Shown here: positions 23,595-37,286 of the stretch, piece after piece
Layout: every line of letters begins with the position of its first letter
Position numbering within the stretch: position 1 is the first letter of the stretch
DNA from: Picochlorum sp. SENEW3
Taxonomy: Eukaryota
Length of the DNA stretch: 64,000 bases
Assembly: GCA_034226945.1 (NCBI GenBank)
Contig: CP120458.1
Location: forward strand, 434,001 to 498,000
Direction: 5' to 3'
The notes under the pieces: generated by a model
The model's database searches: none
Seen by the model: only the letters and a program-made list of their open reading frames with translations
Told to the model about the DNA's origin: nothing
Translations under genes and position numbers: made by a program

Positions 23595-25401
23595 CTACTG
23601 CGGTAAATCGTCGGCATTGAACTCGGCAAATATTGCGTCAAAATCCTCTGGCGACAAATTGATATCCTGTAGGTCTGTCAATACAGGCTCGTTGGTCCTG
23701 TTTTTATGAGGTTCTCCCGATGCATCCTCAGTTGCATTCTTGGGGCATTCTGCTTGGGTTATTTTTGCATCAGGTTGTGGACTTGTCACTCTTCGATCCA
23801 CATCTACTGGTTTGTGTAAAAGTGTTGCATTGCTGTTTGCTGTATATACAGGGTTTATATTTCGCTTAACCTGTACAGGCTGAGCTCCATGATCACTCTG
23901 TGCGGGTGCGAATTTGTGTACTGGCCGGTACATGGCACCTGGTCCGTGCGGGGGCATCCTCACTGGGTACTGCGGTTGCTGCACATGCGGTGTCATCTGC
24001 ACTGGCAGATAAGGATCTTGTATCCTACTCAAGTGATACGGTTCCTGCATCATTGGTACCCTGGGGCCATACGGATGAGGCACCACCCTCTGACAAGTGG
24101 CATTCTGCAACCCTGGATGCCAAGGTCCAGGCATAGCTTGTTGAACCTGTGGAGGCGGCACGAATCCCTGGGGTGGTGCAAAATGTTGAGGATATCTACC
24201 ATGAGGAGCCGAGCACTCGTGTGCAAACTCTGAGGATGTGCTGTACCTGTAGGCACCCTCATGACTGACGTCCTGATATGATCTATTTCTAGGTCCCATT
24301 CTTTGCCTTTCATGATCACGGTCAAGCTGGCTATGCCTTCCTTCGCGATAGTAATCAGCACATGGAATGTGGGCAGAGGAGGATTTACCAGAAGAGCGGT
24401 TTGATCCCAGCCTTCTATCCATTCCATGCATGCCCTCAGCCAGATAGCCCTTGCTGTATGGCATATACTCTGGCAAGACATTTTCACCCGACTCGTTCAT
24501 TCTCACTTCTTCTTCAAGTACCCGTTGGTTTCCATGCATTGGATTCACAGGGGTGCACAGCGACAATTGGTCATCCTCTACATCAGCACCATGGACACCT
24601 CTTCCTTCCTTCTTACCACTCGTGATGCTCTGTGACCGATGCTGTGCACGGCCAGCAGCATCAGCAAGTTTGTCATCTATGGCACCCATGTGCTTCCTTG
24701 GCTCAAGCGATTGGGCTTCTGGCTCGCTACTATGCCTAGATAAGTACCCTTTGTTGTCATAAGCTTGCGCCGTGTCATCCCTGAACACCTTGGTTTTCTT
24801 CAATGACTCGTCATCGTCAGAGTTCTTCTTGACAACATTGGAACCATGGACCTGCGCCTGCAATACCATCAGCTACATCAACCAAGCACAGCAAAAACAA
24901 CAAAACTAGTTGTGATAAGAAACTAATCCATACCTTGATTCTCTCAATCTCTTCAGCCAGAAGTTTCTGCTGCTTGATCAAGAAATTTAAATGCAAAAAC
25001 GCACTTGAACGATGGGAATCATCATCCAAAGCAGGAGGCTGGGATTTTCCACCCGAGTTTGCCTTTTCCAGGAAAGGAGACTTTTTCGGCGAGCCGGCCG
25101 CATCGGGAACGAAAGACTGCAAAAGCACCATAGATCAATTAGATACCTATTATCAACCATACTTTGAAATATTGTGTATCCAGAGGCGCAAGCTCGAAGA
25201 AACCAATCAATGGAGTTGTTGTGAATCAACACTCCCTCCCTCCGCATATCCTCAATTCTTTACAAAGATATCATCTTTACGCACTCTATATTTTTTGTTA
25301 GCATTATCATCGTTCTCAGCGCCGATATCTACTGCCGAGTCTCGGCTTCGTTTTAGTCCAAGGGGACTAACGTCCTCGAGGATCTCAAGTTCTTCTTCCA
25401 T
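23595..25401 (-). CDS. Hypothetical low-complexity Pro/Gln/His-rich protein, multi-exon
   Basis: 424-aa terminal ORF plus upstream ORF fragments with GT/AG boundaries. Start MEEELEIL is inferred. Confidence 0.5.
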
Positions 25402-25624
25402 ACAGCGAGCTACTATACCGCATACATTTTTATCTTTCCTCAAATTCCTCAATTATATATGGATCTGACGATCACAGCAGACGTACTCGTCTGGTTCTCC
25501 TCGGAGCAGCATGTACGTCCCCCTGTTCAGAGAATGGGGCAGGTTCCTATCCACGAGGCAGCTGCAGCTGAGGAAGGGGACGCGGACAACTGCAGCTGCA
25601 TGCAGCTGGAGGGGCACTCCTTGC

Positions 25625-28125
25625 TCATCGAGCTCGTTCCTGCTGATCCCATCTATCCATCAGTTTGGTCAGCATGCTGGACGAATTCGATACTTTCGCT
25701 GACAAAGCCGTGTCCCCTGATGTGAGCATTTTCATGGATACAATGGACATGTGGAAAGCTGTGCTCTGCACGTTGCTGGCCGGTCGAGCATGAGACAGTC
25801 GCTCTGCAATCAATCCGGGGGATTGAAGCTTCCACGATAGTATTTTACCATGTTGAGAGTAGTTTACTGAATCCCAAATCCTAAGAAACTGTTTAGGAGG
25901 CAGAATAGGCCATGCAATTTCGTCACTTGTCTCAGCCTGAACGTCCTGAGATGGGTGTACATTCTCCAGAGTCAAGGATGACACTTGCATCAGCTCGAGC
26001 AATGTGCTGAGCTCATTGTTCTCTTTGGCAATTGTCTTATTCTTTCTTGTATTCCTTGATGTCTGTTTCTCTGGCAGAAACCCTTTGATTCCATCAAGGT
26101 GAGGTATGATGCACTCTAGATCATGGGCAGCTTGCTTGTCATCAGTGCTCTGCTTTTGATGCAAGAGGTATCGTTGCAATATGCTCCAGGCTTCACAGGC
26201 AGAGATTGGGAACCCTGGTGAGCTTTCTAATAGCTGTTTGAGAAAGCTTGCGACACGCTCTTTTGAGACTCCCATAACATGCGTATCCGAGAAGCGTTCA
26301 TGTCCTGCATGATATGCTAGTTGAGATGCACAGAAAAGAGACCCATGCATTGGCGCGTCCAGTCTATTATCTGCACAGACACGAAATAGGAAGAATATTA
26401 AATACTCAACTCAAAAAGCCATTACTGATCATGCAGGCATTTTGACGTACCACGAGACGCTGCATATGTATGTGATTCAATAGATACACGGGATTCGTCT
26501 GCCTTCCTCTTTGTCGACATGGGTGGAGAAGTGCCTGATATTGGTACAAGTGCAGCCAGTTGCTGCTGCTCTGCTGTTGCTTCAGCTGGTACTCGATGCA
26601 TTTTCTGGGACACCAAGGTTTGTACTATTATATTTCCTTTTGAAGTTAGTCTGTATACAAGCGGAGTCTGAGTTGGCCTACCATGTTCCCATGTGTGATC
26701 AGTAATGGAAATGCCAAGGTCTCTATCACTTCCAGACTCTGTGTTTCCCAATAGCCTACACACTCTATCGTGTCCCTGAGTATCGGAGTCTGCATGAAAT
26801 ATATCATATTCTTCATCCCAAAAAGATTGTAGCATTGCTGTCTCTGCATAGGACATCCTATCATAGGCTACCTGAGGTGGTTCAATAGGATCCACACTGT
26901 CAACATCAGTAGGCTCAAATTGAAAAGAAAAGGTACTCTCGCAGGCCGATATTGACTCTCTTGAATCGTGTTGAACAAAATGACCACTGTGATATGCAAG
27001 TCTTGCTGTATCCTTTGCAGTATTCCAGTGCAAGAGAATTCCTCTTCCCTGGAATGAGCTTGTTGCAACTAGAAAATCTCTACCACCCTCACATGAGAAA
27101 TATAGTCCATCAGGGCTTGCTGTGCAGAAATCAATCATTGGTCTATCCTGTGTAGAAGATGAATTCATGTAATGTTCCCATGATGTCATTGGCCGAATGG
27201 CTTTCCTCATGTCAAATAAGTGAACATGTGTGGCAGTGGATGCTGCAAAACTGTATTCGTTAGTGCAAACTTGCCTCTTCGAGACCGCAAATGCTGTGAT
27301 AAAGTTTCCCTGGGAAAATCTATACAACGTCTCTGCCGTCGACAGCTTTTCTCGGAAATCAACTCTGATGAGAGCATGATGCATTGCTGTCAGTGCCAAG
27401 GATGGATGCAACGCAGAGCACTCGCATCGAACGACCCCCAAACTATGCATATCAGCATCATATGTTGACGCCCCAACCTGTAGCAACGTGAGCGAATGGT
27501 CATGGTCACAATCACATTCATGTACACCACCAGATGCAGTAACAGCAACTCCATTCCTTGACATGTACTGGTTCCATGAATAATCTTCCAGCCTGTTGGT
27601 TCTACACGTAAATCCAGGCCCCAGTTGATTCAATGCAAATGGCTGGGAATGCCCATCCCCGTCATAAAGCCTTAAAAAATCAACAGAATCTGCACTCTTC
27701 ACGGCAAAAATGGGCCTCCTCGTCTCTGATCCTTGTAACCCATCATCCACGTTACAGAAAACCCCTTCTATCGCTCTATGATGCTGTTTCACAACACATG
27801 AGGCCCCTTCGCCATCACCTTTGCCAAGGCGAGTGAGCCTCACCCGTCTCCTATCTGTCCCAGCAGCAGAGACACAATACTGCCTCCCTTCCCAGGAAAC
27901 CGCACTCAAAAGGCGGTTTGAGTAGGAGTATGTATCCTTATGATGTTCATATATCGCCTCTAGCAATACAGTCTGCGGGATGTACGAATCCGGCAAAAAT
28001 TTCCCGTATGCCACAGCCTGCTGAACTGAAGTGGCCAAGGCAACCCGCCGACGCCCAACGCTCCCACTCTCCCCAGACACTTCATAGATGTCCATAAAAC
28101 CATCAAAACCTTGATTGGTGTCCAT
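25625..28125 (-). CDS. TAF1C/Rrn6-like RNA Pol I initiation factor (beta-propeller), 2 exons
   Basis: CECSALHPSLALTA...LIRVDFR and HLFDMRKAIRPMTSWEH resemble TAF1C blades. Intron at about 26372-26448. Confidence 0.55.
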
Positions 28126-28438
28126 CTGAGGGATCACACAGCGTCATATGACTCGGGCAAGTTTGGTATTGACTGACCCAGTTGCATGAAACGTGTCATT
28201 TGAATTCTTCCCCCTCGTATCAAATCATGACAGACCGATCCTTCGAAATACACCATTAATTCATGCTTGTATCTCCAATATAATGGCTAATTCATGTGTG
28301 AGATGCGTATCCATCTGGCTTAAAATGGATTCCGCTGATGATCCAAATCGGATTTGGATCACATGTGCCCATCGATCTGCATCTAAACCAACGATCAACT
28401 CCCGTATATGACTGCATTGTATTTATTATTCACAGATC

Positions 28439-29394
28439 ATGGGATATTCCGACCCTCCTTGGGTGTTTACTGGGGATGCTCTGTATCAACTATCTTTAGT
28501 TCGGGTGGAAGAGGTGCGTCTCTGTTGATGGTGGGCAGCTCACACACTGACGATGCTTGATCCTAGAAAACTGTTGTCTTGTCTATGTAGGCTAGAAAGT
28601 ATGTACCCCCAAACATCCCACTGGTCAACTTCCTGGGATACACCCTGGGAGGTTTCTATTTAGCTCGGTATTCTGATTCCCCTACTGGGACTTTTGATGA
28701 GCTTGTTGCTCTGGCTGGTTTGGCTTGGAACTTTCCTACGTCATGTGCATGGGCTGCGAGGGTGTATGTGAACAATGCCGAGGCTCGGAATCATGGAATA
28801 GGAGTGGTTGGGCTGCCATCACGGTTGGCCAGTTTCAAGGCAGTGCGCAAACCATCATGTTGCAAGGGAAAAATACAGCATTCGTCCAAGTCTAGTAGTA
28901 GAATAGATTCAGGTTCAGACTGGTGGTCGTCAGCTGGTGGGAGACGCGATACGAAGAATCAAGGAGGGGCAGAGTGGGTTGAAATTCGAAACAGAGAAGC
29001 ACGACGCATTCCCATTCTGCAGCGAATAACATCTGGCCTGAAACGAGTATGCGGAATACAAAGCAATGCATATATTACAAAAGGGCTCAAAGAGCCCGTG
29101 TGTGCAATCCAGATCCCGAGATTACAGCCTCAGTGGGGACCAGTCATCCAACTCAGTCTACCAAGTTACAGTGGAGGGACACCAGCCTGCCCAGACTTGC
29201 TAAAGTATTCCTTGCGGATGTTGACAAAAATAAGATTCATAAAACCACTTAAAATTCGTATGGAGGATGAAAAGAGCGGGTCAAATTCACTGGAGGCCTT
29301 GGGCACAGTGTTGGGAGGCAAGCCACTTCTGTGCATGTCATTTGAAAAGATGAACATTCAGGTGGAGGCTCCAGAGTACCTTGAAATCAAGTAG
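28439..29394 (+). CDS. NXD1: Neoxanthin-deficient 1 (NXD1)-like protein
   Basis: PPWVFTGDALYQL...GYTLGGFYLARYSDSPTGTFDELVALAGLAWNFPTSCAWAARV matches the plant NXD1 N-terminus. One intron. Confidence 0.8.
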
Positions 29395-29803
29395 TGTATA
29401 ATTATATATACTTACAATCCATATTTTATGAAAGCCCAAATAGTTCCAGGGTTTAGAGAGCTAAGGCTCAGTCAATATATAGATGGCGCTGCCTCAGAAG
29501 AACCAAAGAAACAAGAGCATCTCTTCTTCACAGTGCTGACACCCCCCACCGAGTCGTCTCCATAGACATATCTTTACACACAGAGAGCAACCATCTCTTC
29601 TATCAGAACAAGACCATTCACAACCTCACTGCTGTATACCATTGTTGCCACTCAATTGAGTGAGTGCCACGTCAGCACTGGATCAGTCCATGTGGCAATC
29701 TCGACAGAACCGGTGGTGGTCATACTTTGTGTCTGCTCCATCCCATTGCCCTTCAATACTAATTATTACAATATAATTATATCTAGAGATTATTGCAGAT
29801 ATA

Positions 29804-30132
29804 ATGGTAACAGGTGCGTCATCAACACTCGGTTTCGGAACGTTCTTCTTGTCATGATCAACATCATGACCATGCTTCATTTCACCAAAAAAGCGACGGA
29901 TACAAACACTATTTGAATTCTGCTACTACACATTACCAAAAATACTGCTACAGGATCTCACGGTAAAGGAGATCACAAGGAAAGCCCAAAATCCAAAGGG
30001 GCACGTGAACATGATCATCATCTGTCTCGGAGTGGCAGAAACGATGCTGTAAAGAAGGGAGGAACTGGTAAAGGAAATTGGGGGAGTCCCCAGGAGGAAA
30101 TCAAGGAAGCCATGATGGAATCACACAAGTAA
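29804..30132 (+). CDS. 62-aa HABP4/SERBP1/Stf2-like microprotein, 2 coding exons
   Basis: Exons 29804-29813 and 29954-30132 give MVTGSHGKG...REHDHHLSRSGRNDAVKKGGTGKGNWGSPQEEI...*. Confidence 0.7.
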
Positions 30133-30241
30133 TTATTACTGTTTCTGAAGGAAAGATCTGTTTCCTTGGGGAAATGTGACTCATGTCTTTTTAATGATAA
30201 ATGAATAGAATGGATTCTCCTGATACATGTGTAAAAGAATT

Positions 30242-31297
30242 TCATTCGACAACGACAAGGAATTCATCGAATCCATGATTGGCAAAAGAGGCTACAACTC
30301 TGGAGAACCTCTGAGGCTGCTCAATATACAGCCAATGGTTCTCCTCTTCAAAATAGAGTGTTCTGCAATGTGGCAACAGTTTGGACACCTCTTCACAGCC
30401 CCAGTATGGAAAGACTGCAGATTTTTTACCAATCACATTCAAGCAAGGAATGGGTATGGTTGGTAAGAGTGGTCTCCAATCAAGTGCTGTATGGTCTGCC
30501 ATGAGTGCAGCCAAGGCTGCTGGATTTGCCCGCAGGGTTTCTTGCTCCAAGACTTTCAAGACATCCACTGGGACGTTAGAACTACTACAAAATAAAGCAT
30601 TATCCCGAGCGAATCCCTCAAAATCTTCCAACAGCCTGCATTGTAGCCTTGTCAATGAGGCAATATCATAGCACCCTGTGGAACCAGACTTCCAGTCTAT
30701 GGCAATATTCTGAAGAGGAGCCTGATCCACAAATATCGCCCTTTGTATTCTCCGATCCGATCCAAATAGTTCAAAATAGCTCCAGATGATGGATGCCCCC
30801 ATGGATGCCCCAACCACTGTCACATTCTTCAGCTGGAGTGACACAAGCACATCACGCAGATCAGATGCCAAACGGGCCACATGAAAGCCATGAGATGGCT
30901 TATCCGAATCCCCGTGATGCCTCAGATCGAATGTCACCACCTTACAGCTCCGTGCAATCAACCGCACATTCAGATCCCAATAATGCCTTGACCCACTCCA
31001 TCCATGAATCAACACAACCACAGGTTTCTCTCCGTTGCTCCCAGTAACGCTCCCAAAGTGTTCATAAAATATCTCTATACCATCGTTTGTTCGTATCTTC
31101 CCATACGGAGCCTTGTTAAAGGGGTGATGGGCGTCCATCAATGGATTCATGGCCTGAGGGGACTGCTGTGCAACCTCACCCGCATCGCCCTGATCATATC
31201 TCTCATCCCTTGTATGAGGTCTATTATCACTAGTATCTATTATTGCTTGGCTCCGATGACTATCCCGTCGAGAAATGAGAGAGGAAATGGCGTTCAT
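30242..31297 (-). CDS. Alpha/beta hydrolase, non-heme haloperoxidase/esterase-like
   Basis: VVLIHGWSG, DLRHHGDSDKP, nucleophile elbow GASMG, catalytic His in EENHWL. Intronless. Confidence 0.88.
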   Translation of the reverse strand: MNAISSLISRRDSHRSQAIIDTSDNRPHTRDERYDQGDAGEVAQQSPQAMNPLMDAHHPFNKAPYGKIRTNDGIEIFYEHFGSVTGSNGEKPVVVLIHGWSGSRHYWDLNVRLIARSCKVVTFDLRHHGDSDKPSHGFHVARLASDLRDVLVSLQLKNVTVVGASMGASIIWSYFELFGSDRRIQRAIFVDQAPLQNIAIDWKSGSTGCYDIASLTRLQCRLLEDFEGFARDNALFCSSSNVPVDVLKVLEQETLRANPAALAALMADHTALDWRPLLPTIPIPCLNVIGKKSAVFPYWGCEEVSKLLPHCRTLYFEEENHWLYIEQPQRFSRVVASFANHGFDEFLVVVE

Positions 31298-31836
31298 GAC
31301 TATTGATTGATTGCAAAATCAATCTCTAGATTGGCAGTGAGATGTTTTTTCTTTGCGATACTAATAACCATGTGAAGATAATAATAGCATTACATGGATA
31401 TCAATTGCATTATCACTGTTTCATGTAGTATTATATTCAATCCACCAGAAGGATGCTCAGAGATTAGTGCCAGCTAGCTGGCAAAAGAGAGACTCCAACA
31501 TGGGTGGAGTTTCCTTCTTCTTCTTCTTCTTCTTCTTTGAGTTGGCCACCATAATCCTATGATGATGGCGCATTCTCTTCAATTGCCCTGGATTCTACTC
31601 TATATGCGTATTGAGAACACATGTGGTACACCTCCCTTCTTCTCTCCTGAAGCAGGATGGATGGATGGATGGTCTGCAGTCTCTGATCGATCAGAGGCTT
31701 TCAGCCTCGGCTTATCTGAACCAATGATGATGTAGGTCGAATGCGATACATCTATGGATTTCAATCGAATAGGGGACTCAGATGTTACAGTAAACTTTAA
31801 TTAATGGCATTATATTGACTCACAGTGCAATAAAAG

Positions 31837-32814
31837 ATGCTGACGACTGTAAAGACACCGGTTGGCCGTAGCCTGGCCCTCTCTCAGGCCAGAACCTCGC
31901 GGGGCTGTATTATGGCCAGGGCTCACATGAGAAGGTATGATTGGTATATTCATATTAATCAATTGAGATGATTATGACAACAATGGTGGTGGTGTCTTAT
32001 TGCCGAGGTGGAAGAAAATACAACAGAACAGGCTGCTGCTTTTTCTCATTGCTGTGCTCGTTGAATATGCTTGGATAGTGTTTGTTTGGTAGCATGTTGA
32101 TATGATAATGAATATTAATGACATTGGTCTGGTGTATGGTGCAGTTCTTCTTCGAATCTGTGGGTGCCCACCTCGGAGCGGCAGACTGGCCTCGACAGCA
32201 GAGAAGACAATATGATTTGGGCTGGTCAGGGCCCTCCTCCTCCAAGTCCTTTTGTGATTGAGAGATTCCAGCAGGTTGTGTCCCAGTTGTTCCAGCAGAG
32301 GATTGTTAGAATGGGTGGGCCAGTTGATGATGACATGGCCAACCTCATTGTTGCTCAGCTGTTGTATTTGGACTCTATTGATCAGAAAAAGGATATTACC
32401 TTGTATGTGAACTCTCCTGGAGGAAGTGTGACTGCTGGTATGGCCATTTTTGATACGATGAGGCATATCCGTCCGGATGTAAGCACTGTGTGTGTTGGTT
32501 TGGCTGCATCCATGGGGGCCTTCATTCTGGCCAGCGGTGAGGAGGGAAAGAGGTATTCTCTGCCAAACTCTCGCATCATGATCCATCAGCCACTCGGTGG
32601 CGCTCAGGGTCAGGCAGCAGATATCGAGATTCAGGCTAATGAAATTTTGCACCACAAGCTCACGTTGAATGGCTACTTGGCAGAATTCACGGGGCAGCCC
32701 ATGGATCAAATCACCATAGATACAGATAGAGACTTTTTCATGAGCGCTCAAGAAGCTACAGAGTATGGATTGATTGATGCAGTCATCTCAAAGCCTGCAT
32801 TGGCAGCCATGTAA
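31837..32814 (+). CDS. CLPP5: Plastid Clp protease proteolytic subunit, ClpP5-like
   Basis: [31 protein letters not shown]. Transit-peptide exon plus one intron. Confidence 0.92.
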
Positions 32815-32892
32815 CAATACAACATACAATAATAATAATACTCACACTCTTCTTCTTCTTGTCTTACATCATAATCAAATGTATACGCAAAA

Positions 32893-33231
32893 TTAAAGCC
32901 CTATGTCCAAGCCCTTTCCAACAGTGACACCAATGAGTTCCAACAACCCCTTGCCAGCCACAGCCTCAAGAATGAGAAGAGCAAAGAAGCCAATCATGGC
33001 TGCCCTGCTATTTAAAACTTCGGCATTGTCCACAAATCCAAACATTGGAGGAGGCACAATTGGAGATCGAGGTGGCTGCGTCACGCCTTTGGGAGGGGCC
33101 GCAGCTACAGCAACTTGACGATGATGTGCTCTCCTGGTTCCTTGAACCAGCTTGGTCTGAAGATGATGTGCCGTTGACACATACAGCCTGTTCCCTGGGA
33201 GGGTCACTTGTCTATGTATAAGGGACGCCAT
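32893..33231 (-). CDS. OHP1: One-helix LHC-like protein (OHP1/HLIP)
   Basis: FGFVDNAEVLNSRAAMIGF chlorophyll-binding helix after a transit peptide. Confidence 0.88.
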   Translation of the reverse strand: MASLIHRQVTLPGNRLYVSTAHHLQTKLVQGTRRAHHRQVAVAAAPPKGVTQPPRSPIVPPPMFGFVDNAEVLNSRAAMIGFFALLILEAVAGKGLLELIGVTVGKGLDIGL

Positions 33232-33976
33232 TCCAAATCTATATTTGTTGTAATATGAACTGCACACATAATCGAATACGACGTGTGATGGGCGCTTGTC
33301 AACAATAGCCTTGCTTTGCTCCTAAGACTGCCAACAAAGAGTAAACCCTCAAGAGGCCCTCCTGGCCACGAGTTCTTGCGAATGAAACGCTCGCATTTCC
33401 CTCCATGTGGGCCTTTAGAAGGAATTAAAAAATACCTTTATGCGTACCTTGAGTGCCAAATAAATGCACAATGAAATCAATTCTGGACGACGAGAGTCAG
33501 AGACACCTAGAGCTGCAGAGGAGATTGGTTGCAAATGGATAGCAACGCCCAATCTATCCGTGTAATAAGGTTGATATAATACTATGTATTAAAATGCAGT
33601 GGCTAGCATTGGCCAATGAAGTGTTGTAGTGGCATATCCAATCAAAAAAAGGTTGCTCTCGGGGATTCATATTAAGGAGCGACGGCACGTGGAACAACAA
33701 CACTATCTGTGCCATGTTGATCAACCATACCTCGTATCTCGACCGTTATGCTATTAAAAATACTTCTTTTCCTTCATATATGCACTGAGATCCTGTATAG
33801 AGCATTTGGGGCCATGGTTGTCGCAGCGTCTGCTAGCGATGAGTGACTGAAATGAAGAGACAGGAATTCACGTCTTTTTTAGAAAAGATACCTGATGTGA
33901 TACAACTGAAGTCAGTTCATTAGGAATTTGGTTGTATCCAGTGACATTAGCTATTGTCAGGGTGAGGGACTGAACC

Positions 33977-36081
33977 ATGGGACTACTTTCCTGGTTTGGG
34001 CTGAGTAGATGGAAGAGCAAGGAGGAGAAGGAGGAAGAGCAGCTTGTTGATCACACAGAGTGTGATGATGGTCATGAGGGTGGTCTGGAGGATGCAACCT
34101 TGAAGGATACAGGAAGGAATGGCAGAGGCCAGCCAAGGCATACTTTGAGGAAAGGTCAGAAGAGTCGTCAGGGGAGAGCTTCTTCTAGGAATGGATCTTC
34201 GACACTGCGTGTTACTATAGCTAAGAAAGCGAAAAAGTCGGGGAGTTTAGGTGCGTCTCCTGCGGGTAGAGGTGGAAGAAGGCAGGGCTTGCGCACAGAC
34301 TCTGTTGCTACAGAGTTGAGAGGTAAAAAGCATTCGAATGGTACAGCGGATCAAATACATCTAAAGAGATCAACTAGTTCAACAGCGTATGATGCTGGGA
34401 AATTGGCTTTGAGCAATGTGAAGGCATTGTGGAAGGTGAGGCCATTGCCAGTTGATGAGAAGATTCGAGTTTTCATCTCTGGTAGAGATGATGGGTGCAA
34501 AGAGTATTGTGGTGGCGAGTTCTATCAATGGATGAAAGAGTCTGAATTGGGGTTTACAGATCCAATGGAGGCTGGGGCGTATCCTTTAATCATTCAGGAT
34601 TCAGAATTAAGGCAGGTGTTGGAGATCAAATATCCCTCTGAAAGAGCGCTGCAGAACACATATGGCAATTCAGGATCGTATAAAAAAATATGTGCTGAGA
34701 GGAATGAGAATAATAATAATAACCAAAATGGCATCAAGGTGCCAGTTTGGAGAAAGCTGTCATCTGCTGAATGTCCTGAGAATATCCTACAGCATCATCA
34801 TGCTGATGTTTCAGTGGTGGTGAGGAATCCTGAAGGAAACGCTGAAGTTTCAGTGAAGAGTCTTCATACATTAGGTGGTATCAAAGAAGCAGCAAGAAAA
34901 CAGGCATACAGAAGCAATGAGCAAGCATACATACGGTACATGCAACCCACCCCAGATGAGCTGGACCAGGCCATTGAGTATGATCTTGATGACGAAGACG
35001 AGCAGTGGCTGAAAGCGTACAACAAGTCTCAGTCTACATCTCTTCAATTAAAGGAAGAGTGGATGGAACATCTCATGGATAGAATGGAGAAGGAATACAC
35101 ATACGAGTTGCAAAAGCACCCAGAAAAATGGACTGTCCAGCAAGAGACTCTCCAAAACGAAACAGATGGCATGTTGGGGCAACATAATGCAACCAATACG
35201 TCTTTGGTTCTGCCATCAATATCTGAACTATTCCCCCTGAAAAAGTGCCTGAAGGCTCGAGGTTTAAGCCTGGATAGTAAAGTGGTCAGACGTGTGTACA
35301 ACTATTGGAAGAAGAAACACGAAAAGGCTGGCAGACCACTCATACAGAGATTATGGTATGAACCACCATGGCACAAAAAAGCTGCAGATGCAACTACAGC
35401 TGCATCAGATGGAGACGATGTCTTCTCAGGATATGATGTTCCTACAACTCTATCTAGAATAAGAAAACGCAAAATGAATGACTTCGAGGTCCAGTCTCGA
35501 TTTGATATACTTCGTCGTGATTTAGAAATGGTCAGGACCATGGCAGACTTGATTCGCAGGCGTGAAAAATTGAAGAGGCAGGAAATGGCACTTCTCAAAA
35601 CTGAATGGGAGTCGAGATTACAAGGTATGCAACCAAATATTTCCCTCTATGAAACTTGGATAGTACTCACATTTTATTTGATTGCTGTGTAGATATAATA
35701 TCTGGCAAATCTATATCGTCGACAAGGCGGCATCTGAAATCTCGCCCTCCCCCTGTATCCTCTGTGATAGTTTCCTGTAGAAGGCGGGAAGAACCTCATC
35801 ATCCCTTGTCTACTCCGAGGGCTGGCCCAAGCCGCGTCGAAGGTAGAGCTGCCAGGCTTGCAGCAAGACGAAGTGCAAGGAGCGAGGCCTTGCAAACCAT
35901 ATCAGTTCAGAGCTCCAGAGGCAAGGCATCAAAGAAGAAATCAATAGGCTCCCAGACCATGCAGGAAAACAAAAACACCTCACAGACGGCCCAACAGAAG
36001 AATTCTAGAGCCCAACCAAGAAGCAAAACAGGTCGATTTGTTTCCTGCCAGAGAAATAAGCGCATGAAATCATCTGCATAG
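33977..36081 (+). CDS. Enhancer of polycomb-like (EPL1) domain chromatin protein, 2 exons
   Basis: EYDLDDEDEQWL, VYNYWKKKH...PLIQRL, LRRDLEMVRTMADLIRRREKLKR. Intron at about 35625-35692. Confidence 0.75.
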
Positions 36082-36436
36082 CGTAGTGTAACAAACCTAT
36101 AGTACTGCCATTCCGATGCCCGAGTCTCAGGATGTCATGATGGTTCTCTAAGATCATCCTGATAGGGCCATATTGTGTTGTATCTTCGTATTGGAAGGTC
36201 CTTTTGCACAATGTTTTATTGAAAATCCTTTGAGAGCACATTTGTTTCATCAGACTAGGAGTCAGCACCTAATCATCCATACCAGCAGCCATCTTTGACC
36301 AGATGTATCCATGCATCGATCCACGGTACCCATAATTAATTTATTCTTTTACATTGGCGTATCATCAATCCCAAAGGGATAAAAATCAACGACTTTGTGC
36401 GTCTTCAACCGACCAGTCAAGATTAGCAAGCGAAAA

Positions 36437-37286
36437 ATGTCAGCAAATGGGCACTCCAGAGGGTACGAACTGCATCTATTATACATTATTTACACATATT
36501 GCAATCAAGTATCCCAAATGTACTATGCAAAGCATCCCAAGAAGAGAGTTTCGGGGACTGATCTTTGGAGCGCCGCAGAGCATTTTGTTTCAATGTCATC
36601 TGCGCACATAACAGGATTGACCCTTTTGCTGTGATGTTGATCTGCAGAATTGCCTCGCATCCATGGCATGATCTGGATATTGGACCCAAGTGCCCAGATG
36701 TCATCAACGCAGGTAGGTCTGCCTGAACTCATGGGTTGGTTTCCCCTTGAGTCCCTGACGACACATGCCTCTGACTGTATTTCTTATAATTGTACTTGTA
36801 GTGATTGAGATTCCACGGGGGTCAAAAGTCAAGTACGAGTTGGATAAGGACACAGGAATGCTCCATGTTGACAGAGTGCTGTACTCCTCAGTGGTATACC
36901 CACACAACTATGGCTTCATCCCTCGCACATACTGCGAGGACCACGACCCACTGGATATTTTAGTTCTGATGCAAGAACCAGTCCAGCCATTCTCCTTCCT
37001 GCGTGCCAAGCCAATTGGTGTTATGAGAATGATGGATCAGGGTGAGCAGGATGACAAAGTCATTGCTGTCCATGCTGATGACCCAGAATTTAGGGACTAC
37101 ACTGACATTTCAGAGTTACCACAGCATCGATTGGCTGAAATCAGGAGATTTTTCGAGGATTACAAGAAGAATGAGAATAAAGTGGTGGTGGTTGATGAGT
37201 TCCTGGGTGTTGAGGATGCCAAGAGAATCATCAAAGAATCCCTTGACACGTACATTGAGGAGTTCTTGCCCAAGAGAGCAAGGTAA
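36437..37286 (+). CDS. PPA: Soluble inorganic pyrophosphatase (family I)
   Basis: [47 protein letters not shown]. Confidence 0.95.
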
